This document shows positions 17,352 to 25,879 of a DNA stretch of 32,631 nucleotides, in pieces (the stretch's first letter is position 1; every line of letters begins with the position of its first letter). Source of the stretch: an uncultured Eubacteriales bacterium (GTDB taxonomy: Bacteria; Bacillota; Clostridia; Christensenellales; CAG-138). The DNA is taken from NCBI GenBank assembly GCA_902768995.1, contig CACXNN010000002.1:1-32631 (forward strand). The letters are read 5' to 3'. Made by a program: the position numbers and the translations under genes. The notes under the pieces were generated by a model. It made no database searches. It saw only the letters and a list, made by a program, of their open reading frames with translations, and was not told where the DNA came from.

Positions 17352-17527
17352 ATTGAGGCATGTCTCCTAAAAAACTTTCCTCATTATACCACAGACCCCC
17401 AAAAAAGAAAGAGGAAAAAGCTTCAACATGTCACAGATTTGTAAACTGTTTGTAATATCAGGGATGTTTGGGTAGAAAGAACACCCCTTCCAGTATATGA
17501 TACTGATAACGAACAAGGAGAAATGGT

Positions 17528-19453
17528 ATGGGTAAGGTTTCCAATAAGAATAAACGCATACGGACGATCGCCATACTCGGCGCGGTAGCTGTTCTGGCCA
17601 TCGCGCTGGGCGTGCTGCTGGGCGGCAAGATATCCGGCGTTCTGTTTTCGGGACAGGATCTGTTCACAAAGGGGGAGCAGACCGCCCAGGTTACGCCTCC
17701 TCCGGTACAGTCCACCTCGGCGCCCATCGTTATCCCCACGGCCGCATCCCTGCAGACGGGGCAGCCCACCGCATCCCCGGAGCAGACGGCCGCGGAGACG
17801 CAGGCTGCAGAGAGCACGCCCGCGGTCACGGCAGATCCCTATGAGGAGCTGGCCAAAGTGGCCGATACGAGCATGATGAATGGGATCGTCAACATCATGT
17901 TTATCGGCGTGGATTACGAAGCGGCCCGGATCGACAAGAACTGGGCTGGTAAGAGCGGCAATTCCTTCCATTCGGACGTAATGATCGTCTGCGCTGTCAA
18001 CTTCAACGAGAATCGGGTGGACCTTATCTCCCTGCCCAGGGACACCTATGCGAACATACCTGGGGTGAAGGGCGTATATAAGCTGAACGCAGCTCTGAAC
18101 TGCGGTACGGATGGAGAGTATTACGGCTTGTTCTGCAAAAACGGCGAGGGTTTCGACAAGGTCTGCGAAGCTGCCGAGTGGATGCTGGGCGGCATCGACG
18201 TGGATTATTATTACGCGGTGACCATGGAATCCGTGAAGCAGATCGTGGATATCGTAGGCGGCGTCTGGTATAACCTGGAGGGCGACTTCGACAACGGCGG
18301 CCGCTACTATAAGGCCGGCTTCCAGTTCATGGACGGACAGGCCTGCCTCGACTATATGCGGGTGCGCAAAGCCGGGCACGGGCAGCTGCCCACCGGCGAC
18401 AGCAACCGGGTCAATCGCCAGAAGAACATGATGGTGACCATCTTCAAGAAAATGAAAGAGGAAAACATGGTCCTGAAGGTGCCGGAGATCCTGGCTGCCT
18501 TCGATGGAGCGCTGTTCACGAACTGTACGCCGGAACAGACCGCCGCCCTTGCTTTATTCGGCTACAAGCTGGACCCGAACAACATCGGAGCTCATTCCAT
18601 GGGCGGAGATTCGGCCACCCTGTTCCATTGGAATTTCATCTTTACCCGGCAGTCGGAGCGGGTCAAGCTCATCAAGGAGATCTACGGGGTGGACGTAAAG
18701 ACCTATCCCAAATATTCCCTTGCGTACGGCCGGTATCAGTGGTGCAAGATGCTTCAGGACCAGTATATGGATATCTGCGACCCTCTGAAGTCCTACGTGC
18801 AAGCGCTGATCGATGAGGACGACAAGCTCCCCAAGGAGATCACAACGCCCAAGCCCACGGAGGAAAGCACGCCGAAACCGACCAAGGCCCCCGACACACC
18901 CAAGCCCCCGGAGGATACACCGGCGCCCGATACGCCCAAGCCTCCGGAGGATACACCGGTCCCCGATACGCCCAAGCCCCCCGAGGACACGAAGCCTCCT
19001 GAAACGCCCAAGCCTCCCGAGGAGACGAAACCCGCTGAGACGGATGCTCCGCCCACGGACGACTCCTCCGGTCAGGAAACGCAGGCTTCCGGCGGGTATA
19101 TCCGGTTTTTGAACGGTGAAACGAGAAGGTATACCGACGAGCAGCGCGAGCTGTTTTCCGAGTACAAAGCGGCCCTGAAGGAGCTGAAGAGCCTGTATAC
19201 CTCCGCCGACAAGGAGGCCAGCAAAGCTGCCAACCACAAGAGCAACTCCTTGAACAGCGTGTCCAACGAGCTTTTGGATCAAATGATCAAGGTGCAGGAT
19301 CTGGCTATCGCCGTGGCGAAGACCTTCGATTACAACAAGGTCAAGAACATCGGCGTCACCTGCTACCCCAATCAGACCAATACCAACTCACCCTGGGCGC
19401 TGAACTTCTGGGACAACAAGAAGTATAACGCCGTGAAGGTCAACTTCAACTGA
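17528..19453 (+). CDS. LytR-CpsA-Psr (LCP) family glycopolymer ligase with a long Pro-rich C-terminal extension
   Basis: 641 aa with AAGGAGAAA SD. TM anchor, then LCP core ...IMFIGVD....HSDVMIVCAVN.....DLISLPRDTY.......KLNAA....G...........V.IDYY........IVD..GGV......D...ACLDYMRVRK....GDSNRVNRQKNMM... Confidence 0.85.
   Translation: MGKVSNKNKRIRTIAILGAVAVLAIALGVLLGGKISGVLFSGQDLFTKGEQTAQVTPPPVQSTSAPIVIPTAASLQTGQPTASPEQTAAETQAAESTPAVTADPYEELAKVADTSMMNGIVNIMFIGVDYEAARIDKNWAGKSGNSFHSDVMIVCAVNFNENRVDLISLPRDTYANIPGVKGVYKLNAALNCGTDGEYYGLFCKNGEGFDKVCEAAEWMLGGIDVDYYYAVTMESVKQIVDIVGGVWYNLEGDFDNGGRYYKAGFQFMDGQACLDYMRVRKAGHGQLPTGDSNRVNRQKNMMVTIFKKMKEENMVLKVPEILAAFDGALFTNCTPEQTAALALFGYKLDPNNIGAHSMGGDSATLFHWNFIFTRQSERVKLIKEIYGVDVKTYPKYSLAYGRYQWCKMLQDQYMDICDPLKSYVQALIDEDDKLPKEITTPKPTEESTPKPTKAPDTPKPPEDTPAPDTPKPPEDTPVPDTPKPPEDTKPPETPKPPEETKPAETDAPPTDDSSGQETQASGGYIRFLNGETRRYTDEQRELFSEYKAALKELKSLYTSADKEASKAANHKSNSLNSVSNELLDQMIKVQDLAIAVAKTFDYNKVKNIGVTCYPNQTNTNSPWALNFWDNKKYNAVKVNFN
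18893..19036 (+). repeat. Four tandem 36-nt units encoding (D/E)TPKPPEDTP(A/V)P repeats inside the LCP gene
   Basis: Units at 18893-18928, 18929-18964, 18965-19000 and 19001-19036. The first three are near-identical and the fourth is more diverged. Confidence 0.8.
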
Positions 19454-19474
19454 ACGCGATCAGAATGTGTCTTT

Positions 19475-19507
19475 GCCTCGTATCAAGATCGATACGGGGC
19501 ATTTTTT
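19475..19507 (+). terminator. Intrinsic terminator after the LCP gene
   Basis: 10-bp stem GCCTCGTATC / GATACGGGGC (one G-U pair), loop AAGATC, followed by ATTTTTT. Confidence 0.8.
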
Positions 19508-19509
19508 GA

Positions 19510-19537
19510 TTGCTTTTTTCGTGGCAGATGCTATGAT
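19510..19537 (+). promoter_or_regulatory. Putative promoter of the symporter gene
   Basis: TTGCTT, 16 nt spacer, TATGAT with a TGc extended -10 element. About 30 nt upstream of AAGGAG and ATG 19567. Confidence 0.4.
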
Positions 19538-19566
19538 AGCCATATACAGCAAACAAGGAGCAAGAG

Positions 19567-21087
19567 ATGTCGTTTGGCGTATTCGCAGGGATCGCCCTGG
19601 TGGTGGGGCTAATTTTAACAGTGGGCCTGCTTTCCGGGCGGCGCGTGAAGGATTCCTCTGACTTCCTTTCCGGCAGTGGAAAGGCGGGCACATTTTTGGT
19701 GGCTGGAGCCATCATGGGAAGCCTGGTGGGCAGCCAATCCACCATGGGCACCGCCCAGCTGTCCTTCCAGTTCGGTTTCTCCGGCTGGTGGTTCACCCTG
19801 GGGTGCTGCTTCGGATGCCTGGCGCTGGGGCTCGTGTACACCCGTAAGCTCAGGCAGAGCGGCTGCATCACGGAGCTTGCCATCGTCACCAAGGAATACG
19901 GGCCAGCCTCCGGTACGCTCAGCTCTGTGCTCTGCTCCGTGGGCATCTTCATCAGCGTCTTTTCCCAGGTCATCGCCTGTGCTGGCCTGCTTTCCACCCT
20001 GTTTCCCGGTACGCCGCTATGGGCGGGAGCGCTTCTGTCCGCTCTGCTGATGGGTCTCTATGTGATCTTCGGCGGCGCCTGGGGCGCGGGCATGGGCGGC
20101 TTCGTCAAGCTGTTGCTCCTGTGCGGCGTGTCGCTCATGGGCCTTTGCTTCATCCTGTATTGGAGCCATGGTCCCAAGGGACTGTGGAACAGCTTGAACG
20201 ATCTGCTGACGGGGACCGCCCTGGGCATGATCCGCCAGGAAGCTTCGGGTATACCTAACATTTCAAATGTAACAGTTCTCAAGTCCCAATTTATGAGCCT
20301 CACCGCCCGCGGCGTTGCCAAGGACTTGAGCTCAGGCGTTTCCCTGTTGCTGGGCGTTCTGTGCACCCAGTCCTATGCCCAGGCCATATGGTCCGGGAAA
20401 TCGGATGCAGCGGCCCGGAACGGCGCGTTGATCAGTGCGTTCGCTGCGCCGTTCATCGGCCTGTGCGGCGTAGCTATCGGCATTTTCATGCGCAGCCATT
20501 ATATGCTCCGCGTGGAGGCTGAGGCGCTGGCGGCAGCCGGTAAGGTTTTGCCGGAGCTGCCGATCCTGGAGAGCACCATCCGCACCATGCCCACCTTCGC
20601 CCTTGATCATTTTCCGCCCTTGGTGGCAGGGATCATCCTGGGGACCCTCCTCATCACCGCCGTCAGCGGGGGAGCGGGCCTTTCCTTCGGCATGGCGACT
20701 ATATTGACGAGGGACATCCTGAAGCGTTTCTCTCACCGCTGGGACGACCCCAAGCGGGAGCTGCTGGCGGTGCGCGCGTGCATCGCAGGCATTCTTCTCG
20801 CGTCGGTGGCGGTGACCGTGTCTTTGCCGGATTCCCTTATCAACGACTTCGGATTCCTATCCATGGGGTTCCGGGCCTGCGTCCTGTTCCTGCCCATGAC
20901 CGCCGCCCTCTGGCTGCCGGGACGTGTGGACGGTCGGTACATCCTGCTCTCCATGATCCTTTCCCCCTCAGCGGACATACTGTCCAAAGTCCTTTCTTTG
21001 CCGGGCGATCCGCTTTTGTACGGCATGGCTGTTTCCCTCCTGGTTTGCCTTGCCGGCTATTTCCGGAACAAAAAAAGAGCCGAATGA
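19567..21087 (+). CDS. Sodium:solute symporter (SSS) family transporter
   Basis: 506 aa, about 13 hydrophobic segments. N-terminal ...GRRVKDSSDFLSGSGKAGTFLVAGAIMGSLVG.QSTMGTAQL.F.FG.SGWWFTLG is typical of SSS family members. Substrate not assignable. Confidence 0.7.
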   Translation: MSFGVFAGIALVVGLILTVGLLSGRRVKDSSDFLSGSGKAGTFLVAGAIMGSLVGSQSTMGTAQLSFQFGFSGWWFTLGCCFGCLALGLVYTRKLRQSGCITELAIVTKEYGPASGTLSSVLCSVGIFISVFSQVIACAGLLSTLFPGTPLWAGALLSALLMGLYVIFGGAWGAGMGGFVKLLLLCGVSLMGLCFILYWSHGPKGLWNSLNDLLTGTALGMIRQEASGIPNISNVTVLKSQFMSLTARGVAKDLSSGVSLLLGVLCTQSYAQAIWSGKSDAAARNGALISAFAAPFIGLCGVAIGIFMRSHYMLRVEAEALAAAGKVLPELPILESTIRTMPTFALDHFPPLVAGIILGTLLITAVSGGAGLSFGMATILTRDILKRFSHRWDDPKRELLAVRACIAGILLASVAVTVSLPDSLINDFGFLSMGFRACVLFLPMTAALWLPGRVDGRYILLSMILSPSADILSKVLSLPGDPLLYGMAVSLLVCLAGYFRNKKRAE

Positions 21088-21100
21088 CGGCTCTTTTTTG
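21070..21100. terminator. Bidirectional intrinsic terminator
   Basis: AAAAAA, then stem AGAGCCG, loop AATGA, stem CGGCTCT, then TTTTTT. The symporter stop codon sits in the loop. Confidence 0.85.
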
Positions 21101-21112
21101 AATGCGTTTCGA

Positions 21113-22309
21113 TCAATCCACGGTGAAGAAGGCCTGATCTCCATATGCGTTCACCAGCTGCACTACGGGCCTGTCAACGTCAACAGGAAGGGGAAGCTTT
21201 ACCGGCAGCTTTGGCTTGGTGACCGTGCGGATCGGATAGAACACCTGTTCCTGCACATAGCCCATGGCGACATAGGAGAGGGGGGAGGGGCGGCGATTGA
21301 GCTGCGCCTCGGCAATGGTGACCGCGTGGTCCGTGACGGAATAGGAAACATCGCATTTGTTTCGATTCGCGGGATAATGCAACGTCAGTACACGATCATC
21401 GGCCTCCGGTTCGTCCAGCAGCGTGGGGCGGGAGGCCAACGAAAGCAAACGCTTGCGCAGGGTGATGAGGGCCAGGGGGGAGGCGTCCACGGCCAGGAAC
21501 CGGCGGCCGGTCTTCACGGCCACGGATGCCGTGGTGCCGCTGCCGGAGAATAGGTCGCAAACGAGATCACCCTCCCGGGAGGATGCCAGGATGATCCGTT
21601 CCAACAGCGCTTCAGGCTTTTGCGTGGCATATCCCAGACGCTCCTTGTCCTTCTGCTGCAGGTGCTCGATATCGGTCCAGACGTCGGAAGGATAGATCAA
21701 ATCATCCTCGTAGTACGTATAGAGTTTCCCGTTGGTGCGGATCGAGAATCCGACCCGCCCGTCCTGGTCCACGAACTGCTTCATATGGTTCCGACGCTCC
21801 GGCCCCCGGGGCTGTCCCACCGCGGCGATGTTGAAGTACACCCGGCGGCTCTTGCGATAGAAGAGGATGGTGTCGTGCTTGCGGGGATAGAAGCGGGTGG
21901 CCCGACCGCCGGACTTGTAGCTCCAGACGATCTCGTCCATGAAGTTGTCTTGCCCGAAGATATCGTCCAGCATCAACCGAAGCTTGGCGTTCATGCGCCA
22001 GTCGATATGCAGATACAGACTCCCGGTGGGGGAGAGGAGCGTATGACAGCCGGTGAGGATGGTGCGCATCCACTTGAGGTATTCCGCCTCCGGCATATCG
22101 TCCCGGAAGAGGGGTATCCTGCTCTCCTCGTCCTTGTCGCTCCTGCGCTGGAAGGAATCCCCCGTGCCGAAGGGCGGGTCCAGGTAGATGAGCTGCACCT
22201 TCCCTTTGTATTCGTCGATCAGCTTCGGCAGGAGCTTTTCCGAACGAGCCAGATAAAAGGAACCGGGACCGCCTATATCGTGTTGCTCCGTTTTGCAATA
22301 GATCCTCAT
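21113..22309 (-). CDS. Beta-class (motif IV before motif I) DNA methyltransferase, probably N6-adenine-specific, with an extra ~100-aa C-terminal domain
   Basis: 398 aa from ATG 22309 (GGAGGAAAGG SD). The 25 upstream codons of the track ORF are discarded. Motif IV LIYLDPPFGTG, then LYLHID, EIVWSYK, ...YATQKPEALLERII..., and AdoMet motif I DLFSGSGTTASVA.. near residue 285. The last ~100 aa are unassigned. Confidence 0.8.
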   Translation of the reverse strand: MRIYCKTEQHDIGGPGSFYLARSEKLLPKLIDEYKGKVQLIYLDPPFGTGDSFQRRSDKDEESRIPLFRDDMPEAEYLKWMRTILTGCHTLLSPTGSLYLHIDWRMNAKLRLMLDDIFGQDNFMDEIVWSYKSGGRATRFYPRKHDTILFYRKSRRVYFNIAAVGQPRGPERRNHMKQFVDQDGRVGFSIRTNGKLYTYYEDDLIYPSDVWTDIEHLQQKDKERLGYATQKPEALLERIILASSREGDLVCDLFSGSGTTASVAVKTGRRFLAVDASPLALITLRKRLLSLASRPTLLDEPEADDRVLTLHYPANRNKCDVSYSVTDHAVTIAEAQLNRRPSPLSYVAMGYVQEQVFYPIRTVTKPKLPVKLPLPVDVDRPVVQLVNAYGDQAFFTVD

Positions 22310-22430
22310 TCGCCTTTCCTCCGATCCCTTTTGCTTTCTATAATAATACAAGATGTTGGGCCGGATAGCAAGGGCTATCCCCATATTTTGCTCATAGTTG
22401 TGACTTTTTTTGCAAGATTTAAAAAATATA

Positions 22431-22459
22431 TTGCAATGGGATGATTGCGGTGTTACTAT
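22431..22459 (+). promoter_or_regulatory. Putative promoter of nagB-glmM operon
   Basis: TTGCAA (22431-22436), 17 nt spacer, TACTAT (22454-22459), in an AT-rich divergent intergenic region. Confidence 0.4.
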
Positions 22460-22488
22460 ATATCATATTTGTTTTATGGAGGTTTTCT

Positions 22489-23202
22489 ATGAAAGTTATC
22501 ATCGATTCTGCCCAAAACATCGCGGCCATGGCTGCTCAGCAATATGTCGCTCTCTTGAAGCGCAAGCCCAACGCCATCCTGGGCGGTGCCACCGGCTCCA
22601 CTCCTCTCGGTCTCTATGCGGAGCTGGTCCGGCTCAACAAGGCGGGGGAGATTTCTTTCAAAGACGCTTCCAGCTTCAACCTGGACGAGTACGTCGGCCT
22701 GGATGGCACCCACGATCAGAGCTATCGGTACTTCATGGATCACAACCTGTTCGATCATATCGACATCGATAAATCCCGCACCCGGGTACCCTCCGGGATC
22801 GACGTCAGCGATCCGGCGGCCTACGACAAGGAGATCGAGGCGGCGGGCGGCGTTGACCTGCAGCTCCTGGGCATCGGCAACAACGGACACATCGGTTTCA
22901 ACGAACCCGGTACGCCCTTCGGTTCTCTGACCCACATCGTTGAACTCACCGAATCCACCCGAGAGGCCAACAAGCGCTTCTTCAAGTCCATCGATGAGGT
23001 GCCCACTCACGCCGTCACCATGGGTGTGAAGACCGTCATGCAGGCCCGCTCCATCATCCTCATGGCCATCGGCCCCGCCAAGGCCCCCATCATGAAGGAG
23101 ATGCTGCAGGGGCCCGTCACCGAAAACGTGCCCGCTTCCGTGCTGCAGCTCCATCCGGACGTGACCGTCTACATGGACTACGAAGCCGCCAAGTTGCTGT
23201 AA
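22489..23202 (+). CDS. nagB: Glucosamine-6-phosphate deaminase
   Basis: 237 aa from ATG 22489 (TGGAGG SD). ...LGGATGSTP..LY..L........SF......NLDEYVGL.....QSY..FM...LF.HIDI........P.G.........Y...I...GG.DLQLLGIGNNGHIGFNEPG..F.S.TH.V.L...TR.AN.RFF.S...VP..A.TMG.... is colinear with B. subtilis NagB. Confidence 0.92.
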   Translation: MKVIIDSAQNIAAMAAQQYVALLKRKPNAILGGATGSTPLGLYAELVRLNKAGEISFKDASSFNLDEYVGLDGTHDQSYRYFMDHNLFDHIDIDKSRTRVPSGIDVSDPAAYDKEIEAAGGVDLQLLGIGNNGHIGFNEPGTPFGSLTHIVELTESTREANKRFFKSIDEVPTHAVTMGVKTVMQARSIILMAIGPAKAPIMKEMLQGPVTENVPASVLQLHPDVTVYMDYEAAKLL

Positions 23203-23214
23203 GGAGCGTCGAAT

Positions 23215-24567
23215 ATGGGTAAGTATTTTGGTACGGACGGTTTTCGCGGCGAAGTAAACAAAGTCCTGACCGTAGAGCACGCCTACAAGATCGGCCGGTT
23301 CATCGGCTGGTACTATGGCCGTGACCACAAGGCCAACATCGTCATCGGCAAGGACACCCGCCGTTCCGGCTACATGCTGGAGCACGCCCTGATCGCAGGC
23401 ATCACCGCCTCCGGCGCGGACGCCTATATGCTGCACGTGACCACCACGCCCAGCGTGTCCTACATCACCCGCATCGACGATTTCGATTGCGGCATCATGA
23501 TCTCCGCCAGCCACAACCCCTTCTACGACAACGGCATCAAGCTGATCAACGGCAATGGGGAGAAGATGGAGGACGAGGTCCAGGATCTGTGCGAGAAGTA
23601 TCTGGACGGCGAGATGGAGGAGCTGCCGCTGGCTGAACGTGAGAACATCGGCAAGGCCATCGATTACGCTGCCGGCCGCAACCGCTACATCGGCTACCTC
23701 ATCAGCCTGGCCACCCATTCCTACAAGCACATGAGGGTTGGCCTGGACTCTGCCAACGGCTCCACCTGGCAGATCGCTAAGAGCGTGTTCGACGCCCTGG
23801 GCGCCGATACCTACGTGGTGGGCAACACGCCGGACGGTCTCAACATCAACAAGGACTGCGGCTCCACCCATATCGAGAACCTGCAGAAGCTGGTGAAGGA
23901 GAACCACCTGGACGTGGGCTTCGCCTTCGACGGCGACGCCGATCGTTGCCTGGCCGTGGACGAGAAGGGGAACGTGGTCAACGGCGACCATATCCTCTAT
24001 ATTTACGCCGGATACATGCAGGAGCGCGGGAAGCTGGGCAGCTCCAAGGTGGTCACCACCGTCATGAGCAACTTCGGCCTCTACAAGGCTCTGGACGCTC
24101 GGGGCATCGGCTACGAGAAGACCGCCGTGGGCGACCGCTACGTCTACGAAAACATGCGCGCCAACGGCCATCGGATCGGCGGAGAGCAGTCCGGCCACAT
24201 CATCTTCTCCAAGTACGCCACCACCGGCGACGGCCTGTTGACCGCTATCAAAGTCATGCAGGTGATCCTGGATCGGAAGACCACCCTGTCCCGGCTGGCT
24301 GAGCCCTGCCAGATGTACCCCCAGGTCCTGAAGAACGTGGTGGTGAAGGACAAGGACGAGACCATGAACGATCCTCGCGTCCAGGCTGAGGTGAAGGCCG
24401 CCGAGGAGCGGCTGGGCAATTCCGGCCGTGTACTCCTGAGAAAGAGCGGCACGGAGCCCGTGCTGCGGGTCATGGCGGAGGCCACCACCCCGGAGGCCTG
24501 CGAACGGGAAGTGGACGCTATCATCCACGCCATGGATGAAGTGGGTCAACTCATTCGGATCAAGTAA
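23215..24567 (+). CDS. glmM: Phosphoglucosamine mutase
   Basis: 450 aa. MGKYFGTDGFRG, active-site SASHNPFYDNGIK, FDGDADR, GGEQSGH and RKSGTEP motifs are all present. Confidence 0.95.
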   Translation: MGKYFGTDGFRGEVNKVLTVEHAYKIGRFIGWYYGRDHKANIVIGKDTRRSGYMLEHALIAGITASGADAYMLHVTTTPSVSYITRIDDFDCGIMISASHNPFYDNGIKLINGNGEKMEDEVQDLCEKYLDGEMEELPLAERENIGKAIDYAAGRNRYIGYLISLATHSYKHMRVGLDSANGSTWQIAKSVFDALGADTYVVGNTPDGLNINKDCGSTHIENLQKLVKENHLDVGFAFDGDADRCLAVDEKGNVVNGDHILYIYAGYMQERGKLGSSKVVTTVMSNFGLYKALDARGIGYEKTAVGDRYVYENMRANGHRIGGEQSGHIIFSKYATTGDGLLTAIKVMQVILDRKTTLSRLAEPCQMYPQVLKNVVVKDKDETMNDPRVQAEVKAAEERLGNSGRVLLRKSGTEPVLRVMAEATTPEACEREVDAIIHAMDEVGQLIRIK

Positions 24568-24579
24568 GGAAGGTAACAT

Positions 24580-25239
24580 ATGTATACTATCTCTGATCTG
24601 CTGGATCTTTCCCATACCAAGGCGGCGCCTCTTTTCGAGGGCAAGACCTATCCCTACGAGGTGCTGGACGGCATCAAAGGCTTCATCCTGGAGCTGGGCG
24701 CTACCCTGAACCCGGAGGAGTACGATCATCCCAAGGAGGATGTGTGGATCGCCAAGGACGCCGTGATCTATCCCAACAACTACATCGCCGGTCCCTGCAT
24801 CATCGGCCACAAGACCGAGGTCCGTCCCGGCGCCTTCATCCGGGGCAGCGCCCTGGTGGGGGACAACTGCGTGGTGGGCAACTCCACGGAGCTCAAGAAC
24901 GTGATCCTGTTCGACAACGTGCAGGTGCCCCATTATAACTACGTGGGCGATTCCATCCTGGGGTATAAATCCCACATGGGCGCCGGTTCCATCACCAGCA
25001 ACGTGAAGTCAGATAAGACCCTGGTGGTTCTGAAGGACGGTCAGCAGGAGCTGCCCACCAACCGCAAGAAGGTGGGGGCCGTGCTGGGCGATTATGTGGA
25101 GGTGGGCTGCAACAGCGTGCTCAATCCCGGCACCGTCATCGGCCGCCACAGCAACGTCTATCCCACCAGCTGCGTCCGGGGCGAGATCCCGGCGGACTCC
25201 ATCTTCAAGACCGGAGCCCGAGTGGTGAAAAAAGCCTGA
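24580..25239 (+). CDS. Left-handed beta-helix (hexapeptide-repeat) acyltransferase resembling the acetyltransferase half of GlmU
   Basis: 219 aa. Repeated [LIV]-G-x-x-x-x hexapeptides (IIGHKTEV, IRGSALVGDNCVVGNSTELKNVILFDNVQVPHYNYVGDSILG...VGCNSVLNPGTVIG). No nucleotidyltransferase domain. Starts 12 nt after glmM. Confidence 0.7.
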   Translation: MYTISDLLDLSHTKAAPLFEGKTYPYEVLDGIKGFILELGATLNPEEYDHPKEDVWIAKDAVIYPNNYIAGPCIIGHKTEVRPGAFIRGSALVGDNCVVGNSTELKNVILFDNVQVPHYNYVGDSILGYKSHMGAGSITSNVKSDKTLVVLKDGQQELPTNRKKVGAVLGDYVEVGCNSVLNPGTVIGRHSNVYPTSCVRGEIPADSIFKTGARVVKKA

Positions 25240-25268
25240 AATATTCATAAAAAAGATATTGACTTCCT

Positions 25269-25297
25269 CGGCAGGTGAGGCTATAATGTCAGCCGAA
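25269..25297 (+). promoter_or_regulatory. Sigma-A promoter upstream of the rplJ leader
   Basis: TTGACT (25269-25274), 17 nt spacer, TATAAT (25292-25297). Confidence 0.7.
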
Positions 25298-25411
25298 CGT
25301 CGCCCAAGACAGCCGGTAGCGGTGAAAACCGTGTAAATCCTGCCGAGGTGGTGGAACACGAAGCTTGTATTCATGTCCTTCCGTCTTAAGCGACGGGAGG
25401 ATTTTTTATAC
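25298..25411 (+). promoter_or_regulatory. rplJ 5' leader (L10-leader-like structured UTR with terminator/attenuator hairpin)
   Basis: Structured ~110-nt UTR. It contains a GCGGU-GAAA-ACCGU tetraloop hairpin and a 10-bp stem TCCTTCCGTC / GACGGGAGGA (25376-25401) followed by TTTTTT immediately before the AAGGAGG SD. Position and layout fit the Firmicutes L10 autoregulatory leader. Not checked against a covariance model. Confidence 0.5.
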
Positions 25412-25425
25412 AAGGAGGTGAAACA

Positions 25426-25819
25426 ATGGCAAACGCGAAGTTTATCGAGCAAAAAGCAGCCAAGGTCGCTGAGATCCAGGCGAAGATTGGTGTCCCGCGC
25501 CGCCGAGAACGCTTCCATCGATTCCAAGATCGAGGAGATGCTCAAGGGACCCGTGGCATACGCTTTCGGGTATGACGACGAAGTGGCTCCCGCTCGTATT
25601 CTGAAGGCTTTCGTGAAGAAGGCGAAGAAGTGCGAGATCAAGGGCGGTATCGTGGACGGCAAGCTGACCAGCGCCGCCGACATGGATGCGATCGCCGATC
25701 TTCCCAGCAAGGAAGTGCTCATCAGCCGTCTGTTGGGCAGCATGAAGAGCCCCATTTCCAAGTTCGTTATCGTGCTGGATCAGATCGCAAAGCAGAAGGG
25801 CGAAGCCCCCGAAGCGTAA
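25426..25819 (+). pseudogene. rplJ: 50S ribosomal protein L10 gene with an out-of-frame internal deletion
   Basis: ATG 25426 opens MANAKFIEQKAAKVAEIQAKI, but that frame stops at TGA 25573-25575. The rest of L10 (LVSRAAENASID...GPVAYAFGYDDEVAPARILKAFVKKAKKCEIKGGIVDGK...LPSKEVLISRLLGSMKSPISKF...) is in another frame ending at 25819. The span is 394 nt, not a multiple of 3. About 40-45 expected residues are absent. Confidence 0.8.
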
Positions 25820-25879
25820 CAACCGGGCATATGCCCACAGAACAACAAACAAAATAATAAAATTTTAAGGAGAAATATC

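Noticed and set aside
18893-19036. Tandem 36-nt repeats as a phase-variation or diversity-generating element
   Set aside because: The unit length is a multiple of 3 and encodes a Pro-rich spacer typical of cell-surface proteins. There is no nearby reverse transcriptase or template repeat.
21113-22309. Restriction-modification or other defence system around the methyltransferase
   Set aside because: No endonuclease, helicase, ATPase or specificity gene lies on either side, and both neighbours are housekeeping genes with their own terminators and promoters. I treat it as an orphan methyltransferase.
22474-24975. 833-aa ORF on the minus strand, the longest in the track
   Set aside because: It lies entirely antisense to nagB, glmM and the acyltransferase, all of which have unmistakable motifs. 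Its composition (G/A/V/H/L/D-rich, no motifs, no SD) is the usual shadow ORF of GC-rich coding DNA.
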